DNA of 64,000 nucleotides from Prevotella sp. (GTDB lineage: Bacteria > Bacteroidota > Bacteroidia > Bacteroidales > Dysgonomonadaceae). The stretch covers positions 50,357-114,356 of the forward strand of contig JAITVV010000073.1 in the NCBI GenBank assembly GCA_031285625.1. Reading direction: 5' to 3'. Below, piece after piece: positions 17,901 through 28,800 of this stretch (position 1 is the stretch's first letter; each line of letters starts with the position of its first letter). Below the pieces are notes generated by a model. It saw only the letters and a program-made list of their open reading frames with translations. It was not told the origin of the DNA and did not search any database. The position numbers were made by a program, and so were the translations under genes.

Positions 17901-19628
17901 ATGAAACTAACCTATAAACAACGCATATTTTTCTACTTCTTTATCATATTTGCTCTGTTTGCAGTGTGCATAATTATATTTGAGCAAAGGGAAGAAAAAG
18001 CACAACGCACACAGGCATTGGAAGACCGCCTCGACAGTTATGCCGATATGATTCATTTATATATGGATCAATATCAATTAACTGACAGCAATATAGTAGA
18101 AATACAAACATTAGCCAAAGCAATGCCTCTGGATATACGTATTACTATTATTGATGAATCGGGAAAAGTAACCTTTGACAAAGACATTGAGAATTTCAAT
18201 TCTCTGGAAAACCATATGGACCGTCCCGAAATTCGAAATGCATCTTATCTGGGGAAAGGTTCCAACATCCGTATGTCAGCTTCTACCCATCATGAGTATT
18301 TATATTACGCCAAACAATACAAAGGATATTATGTGCGTGTTGCTCTGCCATATACAATTGAAACAAAGAGCATGTTAAAAGCAGATAATCTGTTTATCTA
18401 TATTGTGCTTGGTATGTTTATTATCGTCTTACTTTTATTAAACTATGTTGCCGGAAGGTTTGGTGGCTCGATATCACAACTTAAAAATCTGGCAGTAAAG
18501 ATAAAAGAGGATAAGCCCCTGCCGGAAAAAATTGCATTTCCGGATGATGAGTTAGGCGAAATAGGTAACCAGTTAGTATCTATGCTGAAACAAAAAGAAA
18601 GGAGTAAACGCGAAATAGAGTTGGAGCGCGAGAAACTGATACAGCACTTTCATTATTCGCAAGAAGGTATATGTATATTCGACCGTGACATAAGGAAGGT
18701 ATATGCCAATACAAATTTCTTCCAATACTTTAATTTCATTGTTGAGCAGCCTGTATTTAATTTGGAGGCCATAATTAAGGAACAAGTTTTTGATCCGGCT
18801 ATTGAATTCATAAACAAACGAAAAGAAGGAGATAACTACCATACCTACCAGATAAAAAAGAATGGAAAAACATTCTCTATACAGACAATTGTATTTGAAG
18901 ATGATAGCTTTGAAATCACAATTAAGGATATAAGTAAGACGGAGAAAACGCGCCAATTAAAACAGGAGATGACCAATAATATAGCACATGAGCTACGTAC
19001 ACCTGTTACCAGCCTGAGGGGATATCTGGAAACATTGGATACGCAAACTCTTCCAGCAGATAAGCAGACACAATTTATTCACCGTGCCTATCAGCAAACA
19101 ATCAGGTTGTCTAATCTTATTGAGGATGTGAGCCTGATAAGCAAGATGGAAGAGGCTCCAACTCAGTTTGCAATGGAGAAAGTAAATATGTCTCAATTAA
19201 TTAACGATGTACGAATAGATCTTACGGACAAATTAAAAGAGAACGATATACAGTTACTTGTATCAATAAAAGATGATCTGGTAATAAATGGTAACTATAC
19301 CCTACTCTACTCTATATTCCGCAACCTGATGGATAACTCAATCGGCTATGCCGGACAACATATATTTATAGATATAAATAACTATATGGAGGATCAGGAA
19401 TATATCTACTTCTCATACTTCGATACGGGAAAAGGAGTTGATGAACAATACCTGCCCCGCTTATTCGAACGTTTCTACCGCGTCAATGAAGGTCGAACAC
19501 GTGACACCGGAGGATCAGGGCTTGGGCTATCCATTGTTAGAAACGCAGTGCTTTTTCACAAAGGAGAGATACAAGTAAGGAATCACTCAGGAGGTGGACT
19601 GGAATTCTTCTTTACATTGAAGAAATAA
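17901..19628 (+). CDS. phoR: PhoR-like sensor histidine kinase
   Basis: Two TM segments, H-box 'AHELRTPVTS', 'FERFYRV', 'GGSGLGLSIV'. The symbol is assigned from context. Confidence 0.8.
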   Translation: MKLTYKQRIFFYFFIIFALFAVCIIIFEQREEKAQRTQALEDRLDSYADMIHLYMDQYQLTDSNIVEIQTLAKAMPLDIRITIIDESGKVTFDKDIENFNSLENHMDRPEIRNASYLGKGSNIRMSASTHHEYLYYAKQYKGYYVRVALPYTIETKSMLKADNLFIYIVLGMFIIVLLLLNYVAGRFGGSISQLKNLAVKIKEDKPLPEKIAFPDDELGEIGNQLVSMLKQKERSKREIELEREKLIQHFHYSQEGICIFDRDIRKVYANTNFFQYFNFIVEQPVFNLEAIIKEQVFDPAIEFINKRKEGDNYHTYQIKKNGKTFSIQTIVFEDDSFEITIKDISKTEKTRQLKQEMTNNIAHELRTPVTSLRGYLETLDTQTLPADKQTQFIHRAYQQTIRLSNLIEDVSLISKMEEAPTQFAMEKVNMSQLINDVRIDLTDKLKENDIQLLVSIKDDLVINGNYTLLYSIFRNLMDNSIGYAGQHIFIDINNYMEDQEYIYFSYFDTGKGVDEQYLPRLFERFYRVNEGRTRDTGGSGLGLSIVRNAVLFHKGEIQVRNHSGGGLEFFFTLKK

Positions 19629-19650
19629 TTATATCATCCCTTATAATATA

Positions 19651-19683
19651 ATAGTCCAAATTGATTAAATTTGGGCTATTTTT
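19651..19683 (+). terminator. Rho-independent terminator after the pst/pho operon
   Basis: ATAGTCCAAATT...AATTTGGGCTAT followed by TTTT. Confidence 0.6.
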
Positions 19684-19695
19684 AAATTTAAGCAT

Positions 19696-20493
19696 ATGAT
19701 AAACCTAGAACAACTTACTTCAAAAGTTTGTGAGATAGCTATTGAAGGAGGAAAATACCTGGCCAGCGAAAGAAAGACATTTCAGAAAGATAAAGTCATA
19801 GAGAAAGGGTCTCACGACTATGTTTCGTATGTAGATAAAGAAACCGAAAAGCTTCTTGTAAAAAAGTTATCCGAACTATTACCGGAAGCCACTTTCATCA
19901 CAGAAGAGAAGACAGTTAAATTTGAAGAAAAAGACTATTGCTGGATTATAGATCCTCTGGATGGAACAACAAACTATATTAATGACAATACTCCGTATTG
20001 CGTAAGTATAGCATTAAGCCATAAATCAGAGTTACTGATTGGTGTTATATACGAAGTATGTAGAGATGAATGTTTCTATGCATGGAAAGACGGTAAAGCC
20101 TATCTGAATGGAACACAGATTCATGTATCAGATAAAGGCTCATTGAATCAATCATTTGTAGAGTTAGGACTACCATATAATGCAAAAGCATATAAACCTG
20201 TAATAAATCACTTAATGGATGAGCTGTATGGAAGAGCTTCTTGCATCCGTATCAACGGATCGGCAGCAAGCGACCTGTGCTATGTCGCAGCAGGCAGGTT
20301 TGACCTCTATATAGAAGCGTATATCAATATCTGGGACTTTGCTGCAGGAGCATTAATTGTACAGGAAGCAGGAGGAAATATAACTAATTTTTCAGGAGAA
20401 GATTTCATGAAAGGGCATCATATTGTGGCTTCGAATACTTTAGTACATAATGAGGCAGTAAAATTATTAACTCCCTTTCTTGGTAGTTTATAA
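19696..20493 (+). CDS. suhB: Inositol monophosphatase family protein
   Basis: 'WIIDPLDGTTNY', 'GSAASDLCYVAAG', 'WDFAAGALIVQEAGG'. Confidence 0.9.
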   Translation: MINLEQLTSKVCEIAIEGGKYLASERKTFQKDKVIEKGSHDYVSYVDKETEKLLVKKLSELLPEATFITEEKTVKFEEKDYCWIIDPLDGTTNYINDNTPYCVSIALSHKSELLIGVIYEVCRDECFYAWKDGKAYLNGTQIHVSDKGSLNQSFVELGLPYNAKAYKPVINHLMDELYGRASCIRINGSAASDLCYVAAGRFDLYIEAYINIWDFAAGALIVQEAGGNITNFSGEDFMKGHHIVASNTLVHNEAVKLLTPFLGSL

Positions 20494-20662
20494 GTAGTTA
20501 TCAGACAAAAAGAAAACCGCCTATAATTTAAAAGATCATAGACGGTTTTGCAGTTACTATTCATATAAACCCATAAAACCTATTAACCATAGTAGTATAT
20601 TGAAATATTGAAACTTTGTCATAAAGACAAGCTATCAAATCAATTAGCTAACAAACAGCATA

Positions 20663-22150
20663 TTACAGAGTCACCCCTGTTTTAAAGATAGCAATCTCTT
20701 TAAATCCTGTTTCTTCGTGTTTCAGTTGTTTACCATCACAAACTTCGACTGTGAAGTTTATAAAGTCAGCCAGAACGGTTTCCATACTTTTTCCTTCAAG
20801 TAAGGCTCCGGCATTAAAATCAATCCAGTTTTTCTTGAAGTTATATAACTTGGAATTGGTCGAAATCTTCATTGTAGGGACAAACGATCCGAACGGAGTT
20901 CCACGGCCGGTGGTAAACAATACAATCTGGCAACCGGACATAGCCAAAGCAGAGGCAGCAACAAGGTCATTGCCCGGAGCATTCAATAAGTTCAGACCAT
21001 GCTTAGTGACAGGCTGAGAGTAATCCAATACATCTACAACTTCCGAATTCCCTCCTTTTTGTGTACACCCCAAAGATTTATCTTCAAGTGTTGTGATTCC
21101 CCCCGCTTTATTTCCCGGTGAAGGATTTTCATATATCGGCTGGTCAAACTTGCGGAAATAATGCTTAAAGTTATTGATAAGCAACACTGTGTCATCAAAT
21201 ACTTTTTCGGTCTCTGCTCGGTTCATCAATATGGTCTCTGCACCAAACATTTCAGGTACTTCCGTTAGTATGCTTGTTCCCCCCTGTGCTATAAGCCAGT
21301 CAGAGAACTGCCCTACAAGAGGATTTGCTGTAATTCCTGAGAATCCGTCGCTACCGCCACATTTTAGTCCGACTTTAAGTTTCGATAATGGAAGAGGTTC
21401 ACGTTTATCATTACGCATATTTTCTACAAGTTCCTTCATCATCTGAAATCCTGTTTCCACCTCATCTTCAACCTCCTGGGATATCAGGAACTTTACACGT
21501 TTCTCGTCCCATTCACCCATAACCTTCTTGAAGTCGGATTGCTGATTGTTTTCACAACCTAAGCTTAGAACTAGTACGCCTCCGGCATTCGGATGTTTAG
21601 CCAATGCTGCCAGCGCTTTCTGTGTATTTACATGATCATCTCCAAGTTGGGAGCAGCCATAGTTATGTGTATAAACCCTTATATCATCTATATGCGATAC
21701 ATCAAGCTCAGCCTTTATACGATTGATGATAGCTTGTGCCTGCCCGTTTACACAACCTACGGTAGGAACAATCCACAATTCGTTGCGGATTCCCATCTCA
21801 CCGTTGTAGCGGAGGTAACCATTTATTTTAAGGTTACTTTTTGCAATATCCAGTTTCGGATGAACGGGAATGTAGGTATATTGCAGGTCATCATGCAAAT
21901 TAGTTTTCACATTATGTGTATGCACATGTTCGCCGGTATGTATGTCAACCGTAGCATGCCCGATAGGATAGCCATATTTGATCACGTCATCATCCTCTTT
22001 TATCTCCTTGATGGCAAACTTATGTCCTGTGGGAATAGGATTCTGTATAGTAACCGATACCCCGTCAATATTCAGTGCCTCTCCTTCATTAAGGTCTGCT
22101 ATGGCTACACATACATTATCCGTAGATGCTATTTTTAGATATTTATTCAT
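20663..22150 (-). CDS. uxaA: Altronate dehydratase (SAF domain + UxaA/GarD)
   Basis: 'GHKFA', 'HNYGCSQLGDD', 'CGGSDGFSGITANP', 'NPSPGNKAGGITTLEDKSLG'. Confidence 0.95.
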   Translation of the reverse strand: MNKYLKIASTDNVCVAIADLNEGEALNIDGVSVTIQNPIPTGHKFAIKEIKEDDDVIKYGYPIGHATVDIHTGEHVHTHNVKTNLHDDLQYTYIPVHPKLDIAKSNLKINGYLRYNGEMGIRNELWIVPTVGCVNGQAQAIINRIKAELDVSHIDDIRVYTHNYGCSQLGDDHVNTQKALAALAKHPNAGGVLVLSLGCENNQQSDFKKVMGEWDEKRVKFLISQEVEDEVETGFQMMKELVENMRNDKREPLPLSKLKVGLKCGGSDGFSGITANPLVGQFSDWLIAQGGTSILTEVPEMFGAETILMNRAETEKVFDDTVLLINNFKHYFRKFDQPIYENPSPGNKAGGITTLEDKSLGCTQKGGNSEVVDVLDYSQPVTKHGLNLLNAPGNDLVAASALAMSGCQIVLFTTGRGTPFGSFVPTMKISTNSKLYNFKKNWIDFNAGALLEGKSMETVLADFINFTVEVCDGKQLKHEETGFKEIAIFKTGVTL

Positions 22151-22185
22151 TTTTATATTGACTTGTTATTTAACTCGTTATTCTA

Positions 22186-22235
22186 AAAAGGTGACAAAAG
22201 TAACAGGTTTTGCTCGTTTTTTGTTTGTTACCTTT
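22186..22235 (-). repeat. Dispersed intergenic element, copy 2
   Basis: AAAAGGTGACAAAAGTAACA-N20-TGTTACCTTT between uxaB and uxaA. Confidence 0.65.
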
Positions 22236-22284
22236 ATGTAACTTTCCAGCCCAATTAATCTGATATATATAATAGATAATTTTT

Positions 22285-23730
22285 TTAGCTTATTATATCC
22301 CTGAGTGCGCTCATCATGCCTTTATCCAGAATTGATTCCACATCTTTTGTCACTTCTTCTATAAAGTGAGGTACTTCTGTAAAATTCTCCTTCCACATTT
22401 CTTTATTATTGACAATACCTGTTACCCATGCCTTGATATTGTTGCGGTCATAGGTATTTTGGATAAAATCAATAAATTCCGGTGTATCGTTCGGGATAAA
22501 ATTCTTAGCTGCCGCCGATTGCCCTGAGTACAGCACAAGCATAGCAGCGAACGAAAACGTTGTCAGATAAGCATTCTTGCCTAGTTTCTTGCAATTATCA
22601 TATACCGTAGGATAATCACGCGTTTCCCATTTAGAGACAGAGTTTAGCGAGATATCTTTCAGGTAATGTTTCAGATACGGGTTGTAGAAGCGTTCCAGTA
22701 TCTTGGCTGCAAATGCTTTCAGTTCGGCCGGATCTTCATCGATACATGGCAAAACTTCATCGGCAACCATTTTGTTGATATACTTTTCTACTTCAGGTGA
22801 ATTAAATGCATCCATAACTGTTTCGCAACCCAGTTGCAAAGCTACAGGAACCATTGCTGTATGCGACCCGTTCAATATACGTACTTTCTTGGCGCGGAAC
22901 GCTTTTATATCATCCATAAACAAGACGTTCAATCCGGCTTTATCCAATGGAAATTTTTCTTTGATGATGCTGTCTCCGCCAATTGCCCATACATGGAAGT
23001 ATTCACCTTTTACAACCAGATTATCGTCGAATCCGATCTCTTCTTTTATTTCGTTGATGTTTTCGCGTGGAAATCCGGGTACAATGCGGTCTACCAATGT
23101 ATCATAGAAATGGCAAGCCGTATTTACCCAGTTTATAAAACCTTCTTCCAGCTGATTTTGTTTTGCGTGTTTTAATACATATTCGCGAAGTGTAGAACCA
23201 TTATCCTCAATTAATTCACAGCATATGATAAGAAGACCTTTATTTTGATCACCATTGAATTTTTTATATCGTTTATGAAGTAATGCCGTCATCTTTGCAG
23301 GAAAAGATTTAGGAGGCTCTGCATTCAGATCGTCCCCTTCTTCGTAGCGTATCCCGGCTTCCGTAGTATTGGATATTATCATTTCCAGCTCTTCACTTAA
23401 GAAAAGTTTCTCATACTCGGCATATTCACAATACGGATTCATTATATCCATTATACTTTTTACCAAAGCTATCTCTTTTACGGGCTTTTTATCTTTTATT
23501 CCCTCCAGATAGACATGGTACATACAATCCTGAGCTTTGAATATATTAGCTATTTCCTGCCCCTGAGCTATGGGTTGTACAGCAATAATTCCGTGGTTCA
23601 TCACACCTGCATTATTTGCTTTATCTATCATCCAGTCTACAAAGCAGCGAAGAAAATTGCCTTCGCCGAATTGAAGTATCTTTACAGGTAAATCTTGCTT
23701 CTCTACTGTCGTTCTATTAAGTTGTTTCAT
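22285..23730 (-). CDS. uxaB: Tagaturonate (altronate) oxidoreductase
   Basis: 'ILQFGEGNFLR', 'SNTTEAGI', 'LVDRIVPG', 'KVRILNGSHT', 'RFYNPY'. Confidence 0.95.
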   Translation of the reverse strand: MKQLNRTTVEKQDLPVKILQFGEGNFLRCFVDWMIDKANNAGVMNHGIIAVQPIAQGQEIANIFKAQDCMYHVYLEGIKDKKPVKEIALVKSIMDIMNPYCEYAEYEKLFLSEELEMIISNTTEAGIRYEEGDDLNAEPPKSFPAKMTALLHKRYKKFNGDQNKGLLIICCELIEDNGSTLREYVLKHAKQNQLEEGFINWVNTACHFYDTLVDRIVPGFPRENINEIKEEIGFDDNLVVKGEYFHVWAIGGDSIIKEKFPLDKAGLNVLFMDDIKAFRAKKVRILNGSHTAMVPVALQLGCETVMDAFNSPEVEKYINKMVADEVLPCIDEDPAELKAFAAKILERFYNPYLKHYLKDISLNSVSKWETRDYPTVYDNCKKLGKNAYLTTFSFAAMLVLYSGQSAAAKNFIPNDTPEFIDFIQNTYDRNNIKAWVTGIVNNKEMWKENFTEVPHFIEEVTKDVESILDKGMMSALRDIIS

Positions 23731-23738
23731 GGCATGTA

Positions 23739-24965
23739 TTATTTAGTTGTAAGTATATTATATGTTACCAGACTATTCAGTCTATTTAGTACCTCATCTA
23801 TGCAACGTTGCAAGTCTTCTTTTGTTCTGACCGGTTCTTTATCCAGTTCCCATGTCGGCATAAAATAGTATTCTACATATCCGTTCTGCGGAGTAAATAC
23901 CATAATATGGTTAAGTGTATCCTCTGTAATTTCTTTTATCTGGGCTGTGGGCGCAAACACCACAAGTCCCTGCATATCATTATTCAGGCTTTGCTGTCCA
24001 AATGTGGCAATATATGACCATTTACTGTTTTTATCATTGCTCACCAGTAATTCGGCTTTTTTACTCTTTATAATCCCTGTAGTAATATTATCAATCTCTT
24101 TATCTATCAGCAATTCCATATGTGATGCCCTGCTACCTGCATCTATTGATATCAGGGAGCTCAAATCACATTTCGTTCCATTAGCATCCCATCCATAATA
24201 AATAGTCTTCACCTGGGAACGTATTTTACCATCTGCCGGAATATAGCAGACTATACTATCTTTTTTCTCCACCCGTACTGCTTTTTCTCCATTCCATACA
24301 GCGATTGATCCCACTCCTAATGCCTTACCGACTTTCAGGTTATCCATTCCCCAATCAGACATATGATGATATTTTTCAAAATCATCTATGCCAACAGCAG
24401 GCAGAATAATATCAGAAGTTTTTTTACCGAATACATCGATTGCATTCCGGTTATCCAGATAAAAACGAAATGCTACTTTATCGTTTTCCCAACCGGGCCC
24501 TTCATATTTTATATAATATGAATGATCACGAAAATCACCGGGTAATGTTATATAATTTGGTTTAGCCCATGAAAAAAGACTATCCTGTTTGCTATTATAA
24601 TATGGTCTGTTAATCTTATGGGATAATTCGGCATATGTCCGTTTAGGATAATCAGGTACCAACCCTTTTTGCAATTGTATAACTAATTCCTCGTTGGCTT
24701 GCATCTTCTCAATGGGGATTATTGCTTTTACAGTCCCTTTTATATCTGTTATGACTTCAACAGGAACACTCCTGTTGTTTATTAGGGCAATATAATTTCC
24801 TAAAGATAATTTAAGATCCTTTACCGGAATTTCCAATGTGTAATCCAAAACTGCCTGATTCGAATTATTTTTCACAGAAATAGTTTGTGCTGACAGGGTT
24901 ACCTGTATCAGTAAAACCGAACAGAGAAAAAACAAAACTCTATAGACTAAAGAAAAATTACTCAT
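23739..24965 (-). CDS. DUF4861-family secreted protein (PUL-associated)
   Basis: 'EGPGWENDKVAFRFY', 'IDVFGK', 'WGMDNLKVGKALGVG'. Paralogous to 48699..49853. Likely ATG at 24965. Confidence 0.75.
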   Translation of the reverse strand: MSNFSLVYRVLFFLCSVLLIQVTLSAQTISVKNNSNQAVLDYTLEIPVKDLKLSLGNYIALINNRSVPVEVITDIKGTVKAIIPIEKMQANEELVIQLQKGLVPDYPKRTYAELSHKINRPYYNSKQDSLFSWAKPNYITLPGDFRDHSYYIKYEGPGWENDKVAFRFYLDNRNAIDVFGKKTSDIILPAVGIDDFEKYHHMSDWGMDNLKVGKALGVGSIAVWNGEKAVRVEKKDSIVCYIPADGKIRSQVKTIYYGWDANGTKCDLSSLISIDAGSRASHMELLIDKEIDNITTGIIKSKKAELLVSNDKNSKWSYIATFGQQSLNNDMQGLVVFAPTAQIKEITEDTLNHIMVFTPQNGYVEYYFMPTWELDKEPVRTKEDLQRCIDEVLNRLNSLVTYNILTTK

Positions 24966-25023
24966 GGCTTTAAGGTTATGGTAAATCGCGTTGCCAGAGA
25001 AACAGATATCCGGCATCCGTTAG

Positions 25024-25084
25024 CAAATATAACAGATGCCATTAATAAATAGAGGGGTGAATTTGACTTAAACAATTTCACCCC
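25024..25084 (-). promoter_or_regulatory. Promoter (-7 TATATTTG) and candidate HTCS site / inverted repeat for DUF4861-uxaB-uxaA
   Basis: Minus-strand TATATTTG at 25024-25031 and AAGTCAAATTCACCCC at 25054-25069. GGGGTGAA...TTCACCCC forms an inverted repeat. Confidence 0.55.
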
Positions 25085-25152
25085 GTATTTTTTTGAAACA
25101 ACAAGTTCTAAACAAATTATTCAATATTTATTACTCACTATAACACAACACT

Positions 25153-25749
25153 TTATGTACACCAATAACAATTTTCATTGTCTTCAATATGTGTGTATTG
25201 TACAGTAATATTCTTATCTTTTATCCTTTCATATAATTCTGGATAATAATATCTCGTTTTTTCTAAATTTTCGGCAGATCGCTTCTTTTTCACAGTTGTA
25301 TTATCCCAATCAATCATCTTATAATAATATATTTTTTCTGCTTCTTCTATATTGGAAAATACTTTAGGAATAATAGAATGTCTTTGCTTTTGTGTTATAA
25401 TAGGAAGAGTTTTTGGTATTTTACCATTGAACTCAGAGAAAAACTTGAAAGGAGAAAATTTATTATTTGGATCACTATTTTTCAGTTCTAAAATATCGCA
25501 TAATTTATAATATGTGGGAGTATCTAATATATAGTTTACCAAATAACCATTTACAACATCTATCCAAAGTTGAAAGTTTGATTTTAGCAATAGAAATCCA
25601 AGATTATAAGGAACTGTACCTATATCGAAAAATACATCAAATTCAACACTATTCTTTTTAAACTTAAAAATTGTATAAGTTTCATTTTTTCGTCTAAGTT
25701 GAATATCTAATTCTCTTAAAGCATCTATTTTTATTGTTCTGTTATCCAT
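25153..25749 (-). CDS. DUF6037-like hypothetical protein
   Basis: 'FKFKKNSVEFDVFFDIGTVPY', 'YYKLCDILEL..NKFSPFKFFSEFN', 'RSAENLEKTR'. Very AT-rich. Confidence 0.65.
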   Translation of the reverse strand: MDNRTIKIDALRELDIQLRRKNETYTIFKFKKNSVEFDVFFDIGTVPYNLGFLLLKSNFQLWIDVVNGYLVNYILDTPTYYKLCDILELKNSDPNNKFSPFKFFSEFNGKIPKTLPIITQKQRHSIIPKVFSNIEEAEKIYYYKMIDWDNTTVKKKRSAENLEKTRYYYPELYERIKDKNITVQYTHIEDNENCYWCT

Positions 25750-25800
25750 TGTACTAAAATACAAATTAATTAAATAAATATCTGATAATTAGCAGTAAAT

Positions 25801-25852
25801 ATTTCTCTTATATATTTCTCTTATATATTTCTCTTATATATTTCTCTTATAT
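25801..25852. repeat. Tandem repeat (ATTTCTCTTATAT)x4
   Basis: Four exact 13 bp copies read directly from the sequence. Confidence 0.9.
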
Positions 25853-25883
25853 ACTTCTATTCAAAACTAAAAGTGATAATTAC

Positions 25884-28800
25884 TTATAATTCTTTTGATT
25901 TATTCTTATATTCACTAGGAGTCATTCCCACAATACTTTTAAAGATTTGTGTAAAGTATTTTGTATCTGATATACCTATCATATACGAAACCTCTTTTAC
26001 CGTATACTGCTGAGTTTTCAGAAGCGCGGCAGCATATTTTATTTTTACATCCCTGATGAACTCAATAGGAGAAAACCCTGTAAGACTTTTTAGTTTTTTA
26101 AAGAATACCGTCCGGCTCATTGCCGTTGCAGCGGCAAGGTCATCCACAACAAAATCACTGTTATCGATATTATTCTCTATCTCTTCTTTGATCTTTTTAA
26201 TGAATAATTCATCCTGAGGCGTTATCCTTAATCCCGGTTCCGCATCCTTCTCTATTTGAACAGGCTTAGCCCCAACAGGCTTTTGAACAGCTCCATATGT
26301 ATCATATAGTCTTTTTCGCTGGCGGATTATATTATCAATCCTTGCTTTCAGATATTTTACACTAAACGGCTTTGTTATATAATCATCAGCACCATATTCC
26401 AGGCTATCCAATCTGCTTTCCATATCCGTTTTTGCAGTAAGCAGTATAAAAGGTATATGACTGGTATCAGAGTTAGACCTTATCTTCTGCAACAACCCTA
26501 CACCATCCAGTTCCGGCATCATAATATCGCTCAGAATAAAATCGGGAATAGCTTTTACAGCCACTTCATATCCCTGTTTACCATTCTCGGCATCCAATAC
26601 ATTATAATGGGGGCTCAATATGGTTACTATAAACCGCCTCAGGTCGGAATCATCTTCAACAACCAGAATTGTTTCCTGATCTCTATTATCATCCGTTGAT
26701 TTTATGGTTTCGGATTCACTTACTTCTTCGATAGTCTCAATCGATTCCTTACTACCCTCTTCCTTTACAGTATCGGTATATACAAATATTATATTCTCAT
26801 CTTCTTTAAAATGATCGATCCCCATAGGAAATAAGACAGTAAATACTGAACCTTCATTTACTTCGCTATCTACAGCTATCTTCGCATGATGTTTATCTGC
26901 AACTTCCTTTACAATGGACAAACCAATCCCTGTACTGGGTTTACTTTTATCTTTATTAAAGGATGCAAACCGGGTAAAGAGCTTACTTAATATTTCCTTA
27001 CTCATGCCCCTACCCTCATCTTTCACTTCGATGGCAACGGTACGGTCTTTACTATTTTTATTTACACTGACCTCTATTGTTTTCTCCACAGAAGTATATT
27101 TGAAAGCATTCGATAAAAGATTAAATACCAGTTTTTCTACACTATCCCTGTCAATCCATATTTTCTCACCATCCGTTCTGTCATTAAATTTCAAATTGAT
27201 ATTTTGAAATTCTGCTATTTTTGAGAAATTATTACATATTTCCGACACATACTCTCCTATCTGTGTTTCCTGGATATTTAGTTTTTGCTTTTGGATTTTC
27301 CTAAAATCAAGTATTTGATTTACCATACGTTGCATACGGCTTGCGTTTTTCAGCACCAATTGTAGTTGCGACTTAATATCCCCCGGAGTATGCTCATTAT
27401 CAATAATATTCTCCACCGGAGAGACAATCATTGTCAGAGGAGTGCGTATCTCATGAGAAATATCAGTAAAAAACCGGGTTTTCATCTCTGTTTGTTCATG
27501 CTCTAATTTCACCTTATCTCTTAACCGATAGAAAACAAAAAGAGTACGCAAAATGATATACAGAATAGCCCCAACAATTATAAAATACAATAAATAAGAC
27601 CAGCCTGTTTGCCAGAAAGAAGGAGTAATTTCTATTGTCAGAGTATGTTCATTATCCATCCATATACCATCACTATTAGTCGATTTTACACGGAATGTAT
27701 ATTTTCCGGGCGATAGATTGGTATAATTGGCAATCCGTTGTTTCTTTGTGATAATCCAGTCTTCTTCAAACCCTTCTAACTTATAAGCATAGGTAATCCG
27801 CTTTGGTTCGATATAATCGAGGGCCACAAATTCTATATTAATAAAATTCTGTTTGTGATTCAGCTTAATATAATTCTGATCGTCAATATTTTCTTTTAGC
27901 GGAGAATCCCCACCTATAGGTACATCTTTATTAGCTATCTGGAATTTTGTCAGTGCAAGATAAGGTTTAAACAAGTTCTTGTCATACCTTCCTATACTTT
28001 CCGGATCTATTGATAGCACACCTTTAGAATATCCTATATAAACAATTCCTGATTGTGTGGTACATCGGGCACCTTCAGAAAAATTTTGCCGATCTATCAG
28101 CCTGTTTATCTCACTATAGGTTTCAAAAGATTTTGTTTCAGGATCAAACTTGGTGACATTCCCTTCTGTTGTGATCCATAGTTTTCCATCCTTATCTTCT
28201 ACTATGGTGAGAACTACATCTAACGGCAACCCGTCTTTTATAGTATAAGATATAAATTTAGTAGGGAAGCCCATGTTATCCACCGCTTCTATCTTATTCA
28301 CTCCACCCCCGAAAGTAGCAATATAAGTTTCTCCTTTCTTTGTAGTGCATATATCATATACATCATTTTCGCTAAGGCTCTCATTATCTTCCGGAATGCG
28401 TGTATAGAACTTATAATCAATATCGTTTACCGAAGTAAAATTCGGAGAAAACATTATCAGACCTAATGTAGTACCCACACAGATATTGCCAAATTTATCT
28501 GAAAGGATTGTCCTTATCTGTGACCCATATTGGGCCGGATAATTTTTAAGATTGTTACGATAATTAATAAACCGCTCTTCTTTTTCGTCCAATAGATTAA
28601 GGCCTCCACCATATGTACCTACCCATATCCGTTTTTTGTTATCTTCGAATATAGCATATACACTATTATTACTAAGACTATACAGGTTATCAGGTGAATG
28701 CCTGTAATGTTTAATACTATATGAATTTCCGGAAGGAGTTAGCTTATATACTCCCTCTCCTTTGGTTCCTAGCCAGATATTTTTGTTACTGTCTTCAATT

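Noticed and set aside
25801-25852. Possible CRISPR array
   Set aside because: The 13 bp units are contiguous, with no spacers and no cas genes. It is a simple tandem repeat.
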